DNA of 64,000 nt, from NCBI GenBank assembly GCA_963741955.1, contig CAVUKB010000013.1, positions 61,975-125,974 on the forward strand, read 5' to 3'. Below are positions 8,646 through 22,803 of this stretch, piece after piece. Both the position numbers and the translations under genes were made by a program. Each line of letters opens with the position of its first letter. The stretch's first letter is position 1. The DNA is from an uncultured Acidobacteriota bacterium. GTDB lineage: Bacteria; Acidobacteriota; Thermoanaerobaculia; Gp7-AA8. The notes beneath the pieces were generated by a model. The model saw nothing but the letters and a program-made list of their open reading frames with translations. It had not been told where the DNA came from and made no database searches.

Positions 8646-9758
8646 GTGATCCTCGATTCGCTGAAGGTTCGCCAGTTCCGGAATCTCGACGATCAGGATC
8701 TGGAGTTTCATCCTCGGGCGAACCTTTTCGTCGGCGACAACGGCCAGGGAAAGACGAACTTTCTCGAAGCGATCTACTTCCTCGCGACGACCAAGTCCTT
8801 CCGGACGTCGAAAACGGCGAATCTCGTGCGGCTCGGCGCCGATCGGGTTTTCGCGGCCGGCACCTTCACCGCCGAGCGGGTCGTGAGGTCGCTCTCGATC
8901 GGGATCGACCTGGCGCACCAGAGGAGACGAGAGCTCCAGATCAATGGCCAGAAAGCGCGGCTGCACGACTATCTCGACCTGATTCACCCCTTCGCCTATT
9001 CCGCCGCCCGGCTGGAGATCATCCGCGGAGGTCCCGAGGAGAGACGGAGATTTCTCGATCGCGGGATCGCGTCACTCCGAACGGGCCACCTGGCGCATCT
9101 GACCAGGTATCAGAAGGCACTCCAGCAACGGAATGCGCTCCTGCGTGAGATCGGCGAAGGACGGGGAGGGAAGCGGAGCCTCGATTCGTGGGACGTGGAG
9201 CTGGTCGAAGCGGCAGCGCCCATCGTCGCGGCACGAGCGAGCTATGTCGAAAAACTGGTCCGGAGATTCCGCCAGGTGGTCGAGGCCCACGACTACCACG
9301 TCAGGGACCTCGAGATCGGCTACGAGCCGGCAGGGATGAGTGGGAACCGGGAGGAGGATCTCGCGCTGCTGGAGCGGACGCGGAGCAGGGACGTCGGTGC
9401 CGGATTCACGACCACCGGGCCACATCGGGACAACGTCGCGATCACGATCCGGTCGATTCCCGCGGACGAGTTCCTCTCCAGCGGAGAGACGAAGATGACG
9501 GTACTCTTTCTGAAGCTCTCGAAAATCGAGCTTTACCGGGACGAGCGCCAGGACGCACCGATCTTCGTACTCGATGATATCGACGCCGAGCTCGACATCC
9601 GGATTCTCCGACGGCTGTTCGGTTACATCCTCGATTCGACGCAACTGTTCACGAGCTCGGCCAAGGAGATTTTCTTTCGCGAATTCTCGCTCGGGGCGCA
9701 CCGCAAATTCACGCTCGAGAAGGGGGCGGTAACCGGGCGGGACGACGCGTCGGCGTGA
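8646..9758 (+). CDS. recF: DNA replication and repair protein RecF
   Basis: GDNGQGKTNFLEAI, GGPEERRRFLD, GPHRD, LDDIDAELD. Confidence 0.96.
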   Translation: MILDSLKVRQFRNLDDQDLEFHPRANLFVGDNGQGKTNFLEAIYFLATTKSFRTSKTANLVRLGADRVFAAGTFTAERVVRSLSIGIDLAHQRRRELQINGQKARLHDYLDLIHPFAYSAARLEIIRGGPEERRRFLDRGIASLRTGHLAHLTRYQKALQQRNALLREIGEGRGGKRSLDSWDVELVEAAAPIVAARASYVEKLVRRFRQVVEAHDYHVRDLEIGYEPAGMSGNREEDLALLERTRSRDVGAGFTTTGPHRDNVAITIRSIPADEFLSSGETKMTVLFLKLSKIELYRDERQDAPIFVLDDIDAELDIRILRRLFGYILDSTQLFTSSAKEIFFREFSLGAHRKFTLEKGAVTGRDDASA

Positions 9759-9954
9759 GGGATTAAATCATTTCGCACCAGAATTTTCTGCTAGAATGAG
9801 ACGTTCTGATCGGGTGTGCGGAAATCACGGTTTCGGCACGACTGTCGAACGCGATGGGTGCAGGGCATACTGCCCCGTTTCTCCTACGAATCCAACGGTG
9901 AAAAGAGCAATCCTCCGGTCGCTCGCAGGTCTGAGGTGCGCGCGCTACCGGTGA

Positions 9955-12354
<2,400 letters not shown>

Positions 12355-12381
12355 TCGAGCTCCCGCGAAGCAGAGTCACGA

Positions 12382-14916
12382 ATGTCCGATATCAATACTT
12401 CGAACGAACAGAGAATCCCCGTCAATATCGAAGACGAGATGCGCCGGTCGTATCTCGACTACGCGATGTCCGTCATCATCGGGCGCGCGCTTCCCGACGT
12501 ACGCGACGGGCTCAAACCGGTCCATCGACGGATTCTCTACGGGATGTACGAGCAGGGAAACACCGCGAGCAAGGCGTACAAGAAGTCCGCCCGCATCGTC
12601 GGTGACGTGATGGGTAAGTTCCACCCTCACGGCGACAGTGCCATCTACGACACCGTCGTCCGGATGGCGCAGGACTTTTCCATGCGCTACCCGCTGATCG
12701 ACGGGCAGGGGAACTTCGGATCGATCGACGGCGACAACGCCGCCGCCATGCGGTACACGGAAGTCCGCCTCACGAAGCTCGCCGAGGAGCTCCTTCGCGA
12801 CGACATCGAGAAGGAGACCGTCGACTGGGTACCCAACTACGACGGCTCTCTCGAAGAGCCAGCCGTTCTTCCCGCCAAGTTCCCGAACCTTCTGGTCAAC
12901 GGTGCCTCCGGGATCGCGGTCGGAATGGCCACCAACATTCCCCCCCACAACATCGGGGAGGTGATCGATGCCTGTCTCCAGATGATCGAGAACCCCTCGA
13001 TCACGACACTCGAGCTGATGAAGGTCCTCCCCGGCCCCGATTTTCCGACCGCGGGCTTCATCCACGGCATCGACGGGATTCGGGACGCGTACGAGACCGG
13101 CCGCGGCATCATCCAGCTCCGGGCTCGGGCCGAGATCGAGGAGATGGCGAAGAGCGAGCGTCAGGCCATCGTGGTCACCGAGATCCCGTTCATGACCAAC
13201 AAAGCTCGTCTGATCGAGAAGATCGCCGAGCTGGTCCGGGACAAGCGGATCGACGGAATCTCGGATCTTCGAGACGAGTCCGATCGCGATGGAATCCGGA
13301 TCGTCATCGAGCTCAAACGGGGTGAAGTCGGCGAGGTCGTTCTCAACAACCTCTACAAGAACACCCAGATGCAGACGACGTTCGGAATCATTTTCCTGGC
13401 GATCGTCGACAACCAGCCGCAGGTCCTCGGCCTCCGCGAGATGCTCCGCCATTTCATCGATCACCGTAAAGAGATCGTGATCAGACGGACTCGGTTCGAA
13501 CTGCGCAAGGCCGAGGAGCGGGCCCACATCCTCGAAGGTCTCACCCGCGCACTCGATCACCTCGATGAGGTCATCGCCCTGATCCGGTCGAGCGACTCAC
13601 CCGATACGGCGAAGAGCGGCCTGATCGAGCGCTTCGACTTTTCCGCCATCCAGGCGCAGGCGATCCTCGACATGCGCCTGCAGCGCCTGACCAGTCTGGA
13701 GCGGGACAAGGTCGTCCGCGAGTACGAGGAGATTCTCGCCACGATTCAGAGGCTGAAGGAGATTCTCGGCTCCGAAGCGAAAATTCTCGAAATCATCGCC
13801 GGCGAGCTCTCCGAGATCAAGCGGCTCTACGGTGACGAGCGCCGGACCGAGATCATCCCGGAGATGTCCGACATCACGATCGAGGACATGATCGCCGAAG
13901 AAGACATGGTGATCACCGTCTCGCGTGGTGGCTACATCAAACGGTCCCCCCTCTCGCTCTATCGCGAGCAGAAGCGGGGCGGAAAAGGTCGGATCGGGAT
14001 GGTCCCGAAGGAAGAGGACCTCGTTCAGCATCTGTTCGTCGCCTCCACGCACTCGTACATCCTCGTCTTCACCGATCGCGGAAGGCTTCACTGGCTCAAA
14101 GTTCACACCATCCCGGAGGTCAGTCCCTCAGCGAGAGGAAAGGCGATCGTCAATCTTCTCGAGGTCCAGGAAGGCGAGAGCGTCCGCGCCCTTCTCACGG
14201 TGAAAGACTTCACCGAAGCCGAGTACGTCGTGATGGCGACGAGGAACGGCCGGATCAAGAAGACCGCGCTCTCCGCCTTCTCGAATCCGCGCGCGGCCGG
14301 GATCATCGCCATCGACATCAACGAAGGTGATGACCTCTACAGCGTGCAGCTCAGCGACGGCCAGTCGGAGATCTTCCTTGGAACCCACGACGGAAAGGCG
14401 ATCCGATTCCGCGAGAGCGACGTCCGACCGATGGGTCGCGGAGCCGCCGGCGTCAAGGGCATCACTCTTCGAGACGGCGACTCCCTGGTGGAGATGGACG
14501 TACTCACGGCCGCTTCCGCAGGGGAGATCCTCACCATCACGGAGAACGGGTTCGGGAAGAGGACGGCGATCGACGAATACCGACTTCAGTCGCGCGGCGG
14601 ATCGGGAGTGATCAACATCCGCACCACTGAAAAGAACGGGAAAGTCGCGGCAATCCTCTGCGTGTCCGAGCAGGATCAGGTGCTTCTGATCACGCGCCAG
14701 GGGAAGATCATTCGAGTTGGCTGCGGGACGATTCGTTCCACGGGGCGCTCGACTCAGGGAGTGCGGGTCATCAATATCGACGAAGGTGACGCGGTCGTCG
14801 CTGCAGTGAAGGTCGTGGAAGAAGAATCGGACGAAGAAGTGTCTCCCGACATCGAACAGGAAGAGCCCGGAAACGAGTCGGCGCTCCTCAATGACGACGA
14901 CGAGACGGTGCACTGA
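12382..14916 (+). CDS. gyrA: DNA gyrase subunit A
   Basis: [17 protein letters not shown], GyrA-box QKRGGKG, acidic tail. Confidence 0.98.
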   Translation: MSDINTSNEQRIPVNIEDEMRRSYLDYAMSVIIGRALPDVRDGLKPVHRRILYGMYEQGNTASKAYKKSARIVGDVMGKFHPHGDSAIYDTVVRMAQDFSMRYPLIDGQGNFGSIDGDNAAAMRYTEVRLTKLAEELLRDDIEKETVDWVPNYDGSLEEPAVLPAKFPNLLVNGASGIAVGMATNIPPHNIGEVIDACLQMIENPSITTLELMKVLPGPDFPTAGFIHGIDGIRDAYETGRGIIQLRARAEIEEMAKSERQAIVVTEIPFMTNKARLIEKIAELVRDKRIDGISDLRDESDRDGIRIVIELKRGEVGEVVLNNLYKNTQMQTTFGIIFLAIVDNQPQVLGLREMLRHFIDHRKEIVIRRTRFELRKAEERAHILEGLTRALDHLDEVIALIRSSDSPDTAKSGLIERFDFSAIQAQAILDMRLQRLTSLERDKVVREYEEILATIQRLKEILGSEAKILEIIAGELSEIKRLYGDERRTEIIPEMSDITIEDMIAEEDMVITVSRGGYIKRSPLSLYREQKRGGKGRIGMVPKEEDLVQHLFVASTHSYILVFTDRGRLHWLKVHTIPEVSPSARGKAIVNLLEVQEGESVRALLTVKDFTEAEYVVMATRNGRIKKTALSAFSNPRAAGIIAIDINEGDDLYSVQLSDGQSEIFLGTHDGKAIRFRESDVRPMGRGAAGVKGITLRDGDSLVEMDVLTAASAGEILTITENGFGKRTAIDEYRLQSRGGSGVINIRTTEKNGKVAAILCVSEQDQVLLITRQGKIIRVGCGTIRSTGRSTQGVRVINIDEGDAVVAAVKVVEEESDEEVSPDIEQEEPGNESALLNDDDETVH

Positions 14917-14983
14917 GTCGAAAATCCGCCGACCCCGATGTTCGGCAGGCATTCGAAACTCGATATCCGATGGCGGAGCGAAG

Positions 14984-15277
14984 ATGCACAGGTTGTCTCG
15001 GGACCGAATTCAATCTCTGGCACGCCTCGTCGCTGACGAGCTCGCCAGTCTCAAGGGCGTCCGCGTCCTGCGCGATACCGATGCAATTCGCCAATCCGTG
15101 GGACAGGCGTTGACGGAAGAAGCGAAGCGGGAAGAAGAAAAAGCGAAATTTGTGATCGACCAGATCACCAAAATGAGCGGTGCGCCCGCTCCCGGATCGC
15201 GCGAGTGGACCACGCTCTTCCAGAAAATCTACGAATGCGAACCGAACGAAGCTCTCTCGCCCACCCAGGAGAGCTGA
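14984..15277 (+). CDS. DUF507-like small protein
   Basis: MHRLSRDRIQSLARLVADEL...PGSREW...FQKIYE resembles DUF507; GGAG upstream. Confidence 0.6.
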   Translation: MHRLSRDRIQSLARLVADELASLKGVRVLRDTDAIRQSVGQALTEEAKREEEKAKFVIDQITKMSGAPAPGSREWTTLFQKIYECEPNEALSPTQES

Positions 15278-15727
15278 TCGGCGACGATTGAAGCGCGCTT
15301 ACAGATCGTCGATGCATGCCGCCTTTCTCACACTGGATGCAGACGGTTGCCCCAGTGTCGATTTGAACGCTTTGGGAGCACTCTCTGCTCGAACCTTCCA
15401 TATGTGCCTGGAGCCCCCCGATCGGGGACGCACGCGAACCCACCAACCGCTTCTTTCCGGAATATTTATGCCGTTCTCGCTCGAAAGGTCCGCAGACCCT
15501 GTTCAGGACCACGACGGTTGGTACCACGAATCAAGCTTGCAGGCTTGAATTTTCGCGGCCACAATCTCCATAGGATCGCGAGTCACGGAGAATGATGGCT
15601 TCGGACGACACGGAATCGGCAGTCGTTTCCAGGGAAGGTTCCTGACCCGCCAAATTGACCCTGAATCGGCGTTTCGGCTGGATCGACGGTCGGCGCGAGA
15701 AGAGATTCACGGCTTCCATGAGCGAAA

Positions 15728-16060
15728 CTATTGTTGTTTCGGATCCGGTTCCCGGAAGCCATCGTGAGGTGCGGATGACGGCTCTTCCCGCGGGGATGCA
15801 CCGTCATCCTGCTCTGCCGATCGCGCGAGATCACGCCATTTCTGCGCCTTCATCCGCTCGAAAATTCCGCCGGCGTGTCCCGCGGGGATCCAACTATTGC
15901 CTCCGCACTTCGGGCATCGGTTCCTGAACGCGACATTCTTGCCGCAATCGGGACAGATGATCACCAGAGCGTGCGAGAGTTGAAGCTCCTGCTCACCCTC
16001 GTCATCGAGATCGCGGAGAAAATCCGCCAGGCTCTGAAAGGATTCCTGTAGCGAAGGCAT
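15728..16060 (-). CDS. Hypothetical zinc-ribbon protein
   Basis: CPDC-x9-CPKC; GAGGT SD; sigma54-like motif upstream. Confidence 0.65.
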   Translation of the reverse strand: MPSLQESFQSLADFLRDLDDEGEQELQLSHALVIICPDCGKNVAFRNRCPKCGGNSWIPAGHAGGIFERMKAQKWRDLARSAEQDDGASPREEPSSAPHDGFREPDPKQQ

Positions 16061-16089
16061 CGCAGTTCGACCTCAAACACCCCGAAATT

Positions 16090-16105
16090 TGCACGGCACA
16101 TGCCA
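16090..16105 (-). promoter_or_regulatory. sigma54-type -24/-12 promoter
   Basis: TGGCATGTGCCGTGCA, about 30 bp upstream of ATG 16060. Confidence 0.55.
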
Positions 16106-16135
16106 CGCCGCTTCCGGCGGCATCCCGAGAGGTGG

Positions 16136-17635
16136 TCAGACCTTCATCACGTCGTACTGCTCGTGGTGCAGGTTGTCGTCCGGTTTGAAGAGCAGATGGA
16201 TGTTCAGAAGTCGTTCGACCTCGTCGAAGATCTGGTTCTTCTCGTGCTGGAGCGCTGCGTAGATCTCCGGATTCACACGCACGATGAGTTCCTCGCCCTC
16301 GTGCACGTCGCGAAGCTTGATCAGATCGCGCCAGATCTCCAGGACCACCGTGGTGTTCGACTTGATCCGACCGCTTCCACCGCAGTAGGGACAGGCCTGC
16401 GTCAGCGATCTTTCGAGACTCTGCCTCACCCGCTTCCGCGTCATCTCGACCAGGCCGAACTCGGAGATCTGCAGGATCTTCGTCTTCGAGCGGTCCTTTC
16501 GAATCTCTTCCTCGAGAGCACGGAAGACACTCTCCCTGTTCTCGAGATCTTCCATATCGATGAAGTCGAGGACGATGATTCCGCCGAGGTCCCGCAACCT
16601 CACCTGGCGCACGATCTCACGGATCGCTTCGAGGTTTGTACGGTAAACGGTTTCCTCGAGGTTCTTCTTGCCGACGTATTTCCCGGTGTTCACGTCGATC
16701 GCGACGAGAGCCTCGGTCTGATTGATGACGATGTAGCCGCCGGACTTGAGCCAGACCTTCGACTTCAGGGCACGCTCGATCTCCGTCTCGACGTTGAATT
16801 CTTCGAAGATCGGCTCCTCCCGGCGGTACAGCCGGACGCGCGAAACCAGGTTGGGCTGGATCTGGTCGAGGAACTCCACGATCCTCTGATACTCGTCGAT
16901 GGAGTCGACCCAGACCGTCATGAAGTCAGGAGTGAGAACGTCCCGGATCGTTCGCAGGACGAGATCGAGCTCGAAGTGGACCGCAGTCGGTGCGGATGCC
17001 TTTTCCGCCCGATGCCGGATCTGCCCCCAAAGCTCGGTCAGGTACTTCATGTCCGCGACGAAGTCCTCTTCCGAACGTCCCTCGCCGGCCGTCCGGATGA
17101 TGAATCCTCCGGGACCGCTGCGGATCGTCTCGAGGATCCCTTTCAACCGGACCCGTTCCTCCTCATTCTCGATCCGGCGGGATACTCCGATGTGATTCAC
17201 GGTCGGCATGTACACGAGGAAACGGCCGGGAAGGGTGATGTGGGTCGTGATCCGGGCACCTTTTCCGGCGATGCTCTCCTTCGAAACTTGAACCACGATC
17301 TCCTGCCCTTCGCGAAGAAGATCGGAGATCGAAGCCTCGGTTCGGGGAGGAGCCGCGTCCTCATCGAAATGGATGTCCTCGGTCGCTTCTGTCTCGTACT
17401 CCTCGAACTCCTCGATCACGTCCGAGACGTAGAGGAACGCGTCGCGCTCGAGACCGAGATTGACGAAGGCGGACTGCATCCCCGGGAGGACCTTGGTCAC
17501 CCGACCCTTATAGATGTTCCCGACGATGGTCCGCTGCCGGTGGCGCTCGACCCAGAGCTCGACGACCTGTCCCTCGTCGAGCACCGCGATCCGCGACTCG
17601 TGCTTGGTGGCATTGATGACGATTTCGTGTGACAC
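16136..17635 (-). CDS. rng: Rne/Rng family ribonuclease (RNase G-sized)
   Basis: GNIYKGRVTKVLPGMQSAFV, IDVNTG, GGIIVLDFIDM, CPYC. Start GTG 17635; the tracked N-terminal extension is antisense to the next gene. Confidence 0.93.
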   Translation of the reverse strand: MSHEIVINATKHESRIAVLDEGQVVELWVERHRQRTIVGNIYKGRVTKVLPGMQSAFVNLGLERDAFLYVSDVIEEFEEYETEATEDIHFDEDAAPPRTEASISDLLREGQEIVVQVSKESIAGKGARITTHITLPGRFLVYMPTVNHIGVSRRIENEEERVRLKGILETIRSGPGGFIIRTAGEGRSEEDFVADMKYLTELWGQIRHRAEKASAPTAVHFELDLVLRTIRDVLTPDFMTVWVDSIDEYQRIVEFLDQIQPNLVSRVRLYRREEPIFEEFNVETEIERALKSKVWLKSGGYIVINQTEALVAIDVNTGKYVGKKNLEETVYRTNLEAIREIVRQVRLRDLGGIIVLDFIDMEDLENRESVFRALEEEIRKDRSKTKILQISEFGLVEMTRKRVRQSLERSLTQACPYCGGSGRIKSNTTVVLEIWRDLIKLRDVHEGEELIVRVNPEIYAALQHEKNQIFDEVERLLNIHLLFKPDDNLHHEQYDVMKV

Positions 17636-17716
17636 GCGGCGTGATTGTACCCGAGTGCGGCTGCGGGTGCGGTGGAAGGATCGATCCGGTAGAATCGCCG
17701 CCCGGAGAACCGAGCG

Positions 17717-18193
17717 ATGAGAGTACCGATCTACTTCTCGGCCTCGATCAGCGGAGGCCGATCCGATGTCCCCCTCTACCGGAGGATCGTGGATCATCTG
17801 AGCGCGAGAGGGCATCGCATCTACGCCGAACACGTCGCCGATGCTTCCCTCCGAGCCGACGGGGAGACCGTCACCCCTGAAGAGATCTTCCGCCGCGATC
17901 TCGATTGGATCGAGGAGGTGGCCAAATCCGGCGGCGCGTTGGTGGCCGAGGTCTCCATGCCGTCGATCGGCGTCGGGTACGAGATCGCAGCCGCGCGCTA
18001 CCGGTTCGGGATGCCGGTGGTCTGCCTCTACCGGCCGGCCCACACCAGGCGCTGCTCGGCCATGGTCAGCGGCGACCGCGAGATCACTCTCCTGGCTTAC
18101 GAGGAAGACTCCCTGGACCAACTGCTCGACGCGCTCGGGAAGAGACTCGACGAAACACGCGGGGCGACTTCCGTCCGCGGCTCGATCCGGTGA
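17717..18193 (+). CDS. Nucleoside 2-deoxyribosyltransferase family, DNPH1/Rcl-like N-hydrolase
   Basis: IYFSASISGGR, IFRRDLDWI, VAEVSMPSIGVGYEI, SAMVSG. Confidence 0.85.
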   Translation: MRVPIYFSASISGGRSDVPLYRRIVDHLSARGHRIYAEHVADASLRADGETVTPEEIFRRDLDWIEEVAKSGGALVAEVSMPSIGVGYEIAAARYRFGMPVVCLYRPAHTRRCSAMVSGDREITLLAYEEDSLDQLLDALGKRLDETRGATSVRGSIR

Positions 18194-18230
18194 ATAAACC
18201 GGCTTCCGAGCGGGTTATTCACGGCGCTGC

Positions 18231-18259
18231 TTGACGCGCCACGGGGGCTCTGCTATTTT
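18231..18259 (+). promoter_or_regulatory. sigma70-type promoter of tRNA-Asn
   Basis: TTGACG-N17-TATTTT with TGn and a GC-rich discriminator. Confidence 0.7.
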
Positions 18260-18286
18260 GCGGCGCCGCTGCTTCCCCGGCAGTAC

Positions 18287-18362
18287 TCCGGCATAGCTCA
18301 GTTGGTAGAGCAACGGACTGTTAATCCGTGGGTCGTAGGTTCGAGTCCTACTGCCGGAGCCA
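18287..18362 (+). tRNA. tRNA-Asn(GTT)
   Basis: Acceptor stem TCCGGCA/TGCCGGA, anticodon loop CTGTTAA, GTTCGAGTC, encoded CCA. Confidence 0.97.
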
Positions 18363-18377
18363 GATACGAAACCAACG

Positions 18378-18410
18378 ACGGCCACCGAATTCAGGTGGCC
18401 GTTTCCTTTT
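18378..18410 (+). terminator. Rho-independent terminator
   Basis: ACGGCCACC-GAATTCA-GGTGGCCGT followed by TTCCTTTT. Confidence 0.8.
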
Positions 18411-18416
18411 CCCCGA

Positions 18417-19817
18417 CTACTCCGTGGCCTTTGCCTTCACGTCCGGGGCGACCTGGGCAATCGAGACGGACTTGACGTTCACGAACTCCCGGATTCCGAA
18501 TACGCCCAGTTCTCGGCCGTATCCCGAATGTTTGATGCCGCCGAACGGGAGTCGCGGGTCGGACGCCACCATCGAATTGATGAACACCTGACCGGCCGCG
18601 ATCCCGTCGATGAACAGCTTCTGTTCACCCGGATCGTTCGTCCACGCCGCTGAGCCGAGGCCGAACCGGGTGTCGTTGGCGACTTCCAGCGCCTCTTCGG
18701 CGTTCGCGACTCGGAAGAAGGCCGCGACGGGACCGAAAAGCTCCTCGCAGGCTGCGGCGCTGTCGCGAGGCACGTCGACCAGGACCGTCGGCTCGAAGAA
18801 GTTTCCCGGCCTGTCCACAATCTTTCCGCCGAGGAGCAGCCTTGCCCCCGCATCGACGGAACGCTTCACCTGATCCTGGAGCTCCTCGGCGATCTGCCGG
18901 GTCGCGAGCGGACCGATGTCGGTCCCCGGCTCGAGAGGATCGCCGATCTTCAGAGTTCTCATCCGTTCGACGAACTGTTCGATGTACCGGTCGGCGATCT
19001 CGCGGTGGACGATGAAGCGTTTGGCCGCGATACATGACTGTCCGTTGTTGATCGTCCTCGCGCTGACGCCAACCTTCGCGGCAGCGTCCAGATCAGCCGA
19101 GGGCATGATGATGAAGGGATCGCTTCCCCCGAGCTCGAGAACCACTTTCTTGAGCTGGCGGCCTGCGATCTCGGCCACATTGCGGCCCGCCGGCTCGCTT
19201 CCGGTGAGCGTCGCCGCGGCGATTCTGGAGTCCTCGAGCAGCTGTCGGACCTGAGACGACCCGATCAGAAGAGTCTGAAAGCATCCCTCGGGAAACCCGG
19301 CGCGGAGGAGGATCTCCTCGATCGCCATCGCGCACTGAGGAACATTCGATGAGTGCTTCAACAGGCCCACGTTCCCCGCCATGAGGCCGGGCGCGACGAA
19401 CCTGAACACCTGCCAGAAGGGAAAGTTCCACGGCATGATGGCGAGGACGACGCCGAGCGGCTGATAGCGTACGAAGCTCTGCCGGGCATCGGTGGCGATC
19501 GTTTCGTCGGCGAGGAACTCCTCGGCGTGGTCCGCGTAATAGCGGCAGACCCAGGCACACTTTTTCGCTTCGGAGATGGCAGCCTGGATCGGTTTTCCCA
19601 TCTCCAGGGACATGAGGCGACCCCACCGGTCCGCCTCGTCCTCCAGAATCCTCCCCGCTCGTCGCATCTTCTCGCTGCGGCTGGAAAACGGCTCGAGCCT
19701 CCACGACCGAAACCGCTCTGCGCCCCGGCCGATCGCCCGGTCGATACCCTCGGGGGTGAGAGGTTCGAAGACCTCCAGCGTTTCATCGGTTGCGGGGTTG
19801 ATGCTGGCGATCGACAT
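18417..19817 (-). CDS. NAD(P)-dependent succinate-semialdehyde dehydrogenase (Sad/GabD1-like)
   Basis: IMPWNFP, LELGGSDP, NNGQSCIAAKR, EELFGP, PFGGIKHSGYGRE. Confidence 0.92.
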   Translation of the reverse strand: MSIASINPATDETLEVFEPLTPEGIDRAIGRGAERFRSWRLEPFSSRSEKMRRAGRILEDEADRWGRLMSLEMGKPIQAAISEAKKCAWVCRYYADHAEEFLADETIATDARQSFVRYQPLGVVLAIMPWNFPFWQVFRFVAPGLMAGNVGLLKHSSNVPQCAMAIEEILLRAGFPEGCFQTLLIGSSQVRQLLEDSRIAAATLTGSEPAGRNVAEIAGRQLKKVVLELGGSDPFIIMPSADLDAAAKVGVSARTINNGQSCIAAKRFIVHREIADRYIEQFVERMRTLKIGDPLEPGTDIGPLATRQIAEELQDQVKRSVDAGARLLLGGKIVDRPGNFFEPTVLVDVPRDSAAACEELFGPVAAFFRVANAEEALEVANDTRFGLGSAAWTNDPGEQKLFIDGIAAGQVFINSMVASDPRLPFGGIKHSGYGRELGVFGIREFVNVKSVSIAQVAPDVKAKATE

Positions 19818-20045
19818 CGTAATCCTCCGTGCACAAAACCTCGGTTAGCATATCGCAAGGCGACAGAGGGAAAGAGAAGCAAGGTATGTGCGAGGACCCT
19901 CCCGCGACCGCGGGACGGCACTCTCCGAACCGATCCGTCCACTCCAGGGAGGGTCCATCGACGGGACTCTTCCGCATTCGGTTCTCTTTCCCGAGAGAAT
20001 GAGTTAATCTGAAGGAAACGCTTTACTAAACAGGCATTCACGAAT

Positions 20046-20746
20046 ATGGGAAGACCGCCAATCATCGACCGCAATACGCTCCTCGAAACAGCGCGCGAGC
20101 AGTTCGCCCGAAAAGGATACCGCTCCACGACTCTCGCCGACATCGCGACACGGATGGGGGTCACGCCTGCCGCACTGCTTCGGCACGTGAAATCGAAGGA
20201 AAAACTCTTCGTCGAATCGATGCGCGCGGGGCGCCAGGAGCTTCCCGATTTCATCGTCGAGCTCGAAGCGACGCCTGGTGACGCCGACCCTCGAGAAGTG
20301 CTCGAGCGGTTCGCGAAGGCGTTCGTTCCCTACGTCCAGAGCAAGATGGACGAGAACATCAGCGTCTATACCGGCTCACGGTCGGGAGCGGTCCGCGGAG
20401 CGTCACGACTGAAGAAGGGAGAGTCCGGGCCTGCTCGGGCGCTGACGGTTCTCGAGGGGTACATCCGCCGAGCTGCGCGCGCCGGACGGCTCACCGTGAA
20501 CAACGCGGGCGATGCGGCACTCTCCCTGATCGCATCGCTGCACGGCTACGTCTACTTTCACCAGGTGCTTCACGTGGTGGAACACCCGATGAAGCTACGA
20601 CGCTACGTCGGTACGGTGCTGGATATCTGGGGCTCGGCAAGCTTCACCCCGAAAAAGAAAGCAGGCGCCGCGAAAAGTGGTTCGAATAGACGCTCTCCGT
20701 CAAAAGGTCCGGACCGCCAATCTTCGCGTGGCCGCTCCGGGAACGC

Positions 20747-20759
<13 letters not shown>
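20046..20759 (+). CDS. TetR/AcrR family regulator
   Basis: N-terminal HTH: [34 protein letters not shown]. Confidence 0.88.
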
Positions 20760-22153
<1,394 letters not shown>

Positions 22154-22154
22154 G

Positions 22155-22700
22155 TCAGAGGCTCTCGACCGTGATGTGGTCGTTCGTGTAAATGCAGATG
22201 GAGGCAGCGATCTTCATCGCCTCAGTGGCGATCTCCGCAGCTCCCAGCTCCGTGTGATTGACCAGCGCGCGTGCCGCGGCGAGCGCGTATGGGCCTCCGG
22301 ACCCGATCGCGAGGAGGCCGTCGTCGGGTTGAATCAGATCGCCGGTCCCCGACAGGAGATACGACTTCTCTCCATTCGCGACGATGAGAAAGGCCTGAAG
22401 TTGCCGGAGGTACTTGTCCAGTCTCCAGTCTTTCGCCAACTCGACGACGGAGCGTTCCATGTTTCCGTGATACTCCTCGAGTTTCCCTTCGAAGCGGGAG
22501 AAGAGCGCGAAGGCATCGGCTGCGGAGCCGGCGAATCCCGCCAGGATCTTGTCCTGATACAAGCGACGCACCTTCGCAGCGCCGTGTTTCATGACCGTGT
22601 TCCCGACGGTCACCTGGCCGTCGCCGGCCATCGCGACCTGATCGCCGCGACGAACGCAAATCACGGTTGTTGCGTGCACGTTCCAGTCCTTCATTTCCAT
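22155..22700 (-). CDS. hslV: ATP-dependent protease peptidase subunit HslV
   Basis: [27 protein letters not shown]. Confidence 0.97.
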   Translation of the reverse strand: MEMKDWNVHATTVICVRRGDQVAMAGDGQVTVGNTVMKHGAAKVRRLYQDKILAGFAGSAADAFALFSRFEGKLEEYHGNMERSVVELAKDWRLDKYLRQLQAFLIVANGEKSYLLSGTGDLIQPDDGLLAIGSGGPYALAAARALVNHTELGAAEIATEAMKIAASICIYTNDHITVESL

Positions 22701-22803
22701 GATCCTACCAGACCACCTCCCGCGGCCTCGCCTATCCGTTTACGGACAGACGGTCCGAAGAGTTTCGCGGTGCGACCGCACCGGGCACGTCGCCCGAACC
22801 CGC

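Noticed and set aside
17636-18121. N-terminal extension of Rne/Rng to 661 aa
   Set aside because: It overlaps the DNPH1-like gene antisense; family similarity starts at GTG 17635.
18287-18420. Integrative element at tRNA-Asn or the tRNA-Ser genes
   Set aside because: No integrase and no duplicated tRNA 3' end seen; tRNA-Asn is followed directly by its terminator.
19878-19893. sigma54-like TCGCACATACCTTGCT upstream of the aldehyde dehydrogenase
   Set aside because: Lacks the invariant -24 GG.
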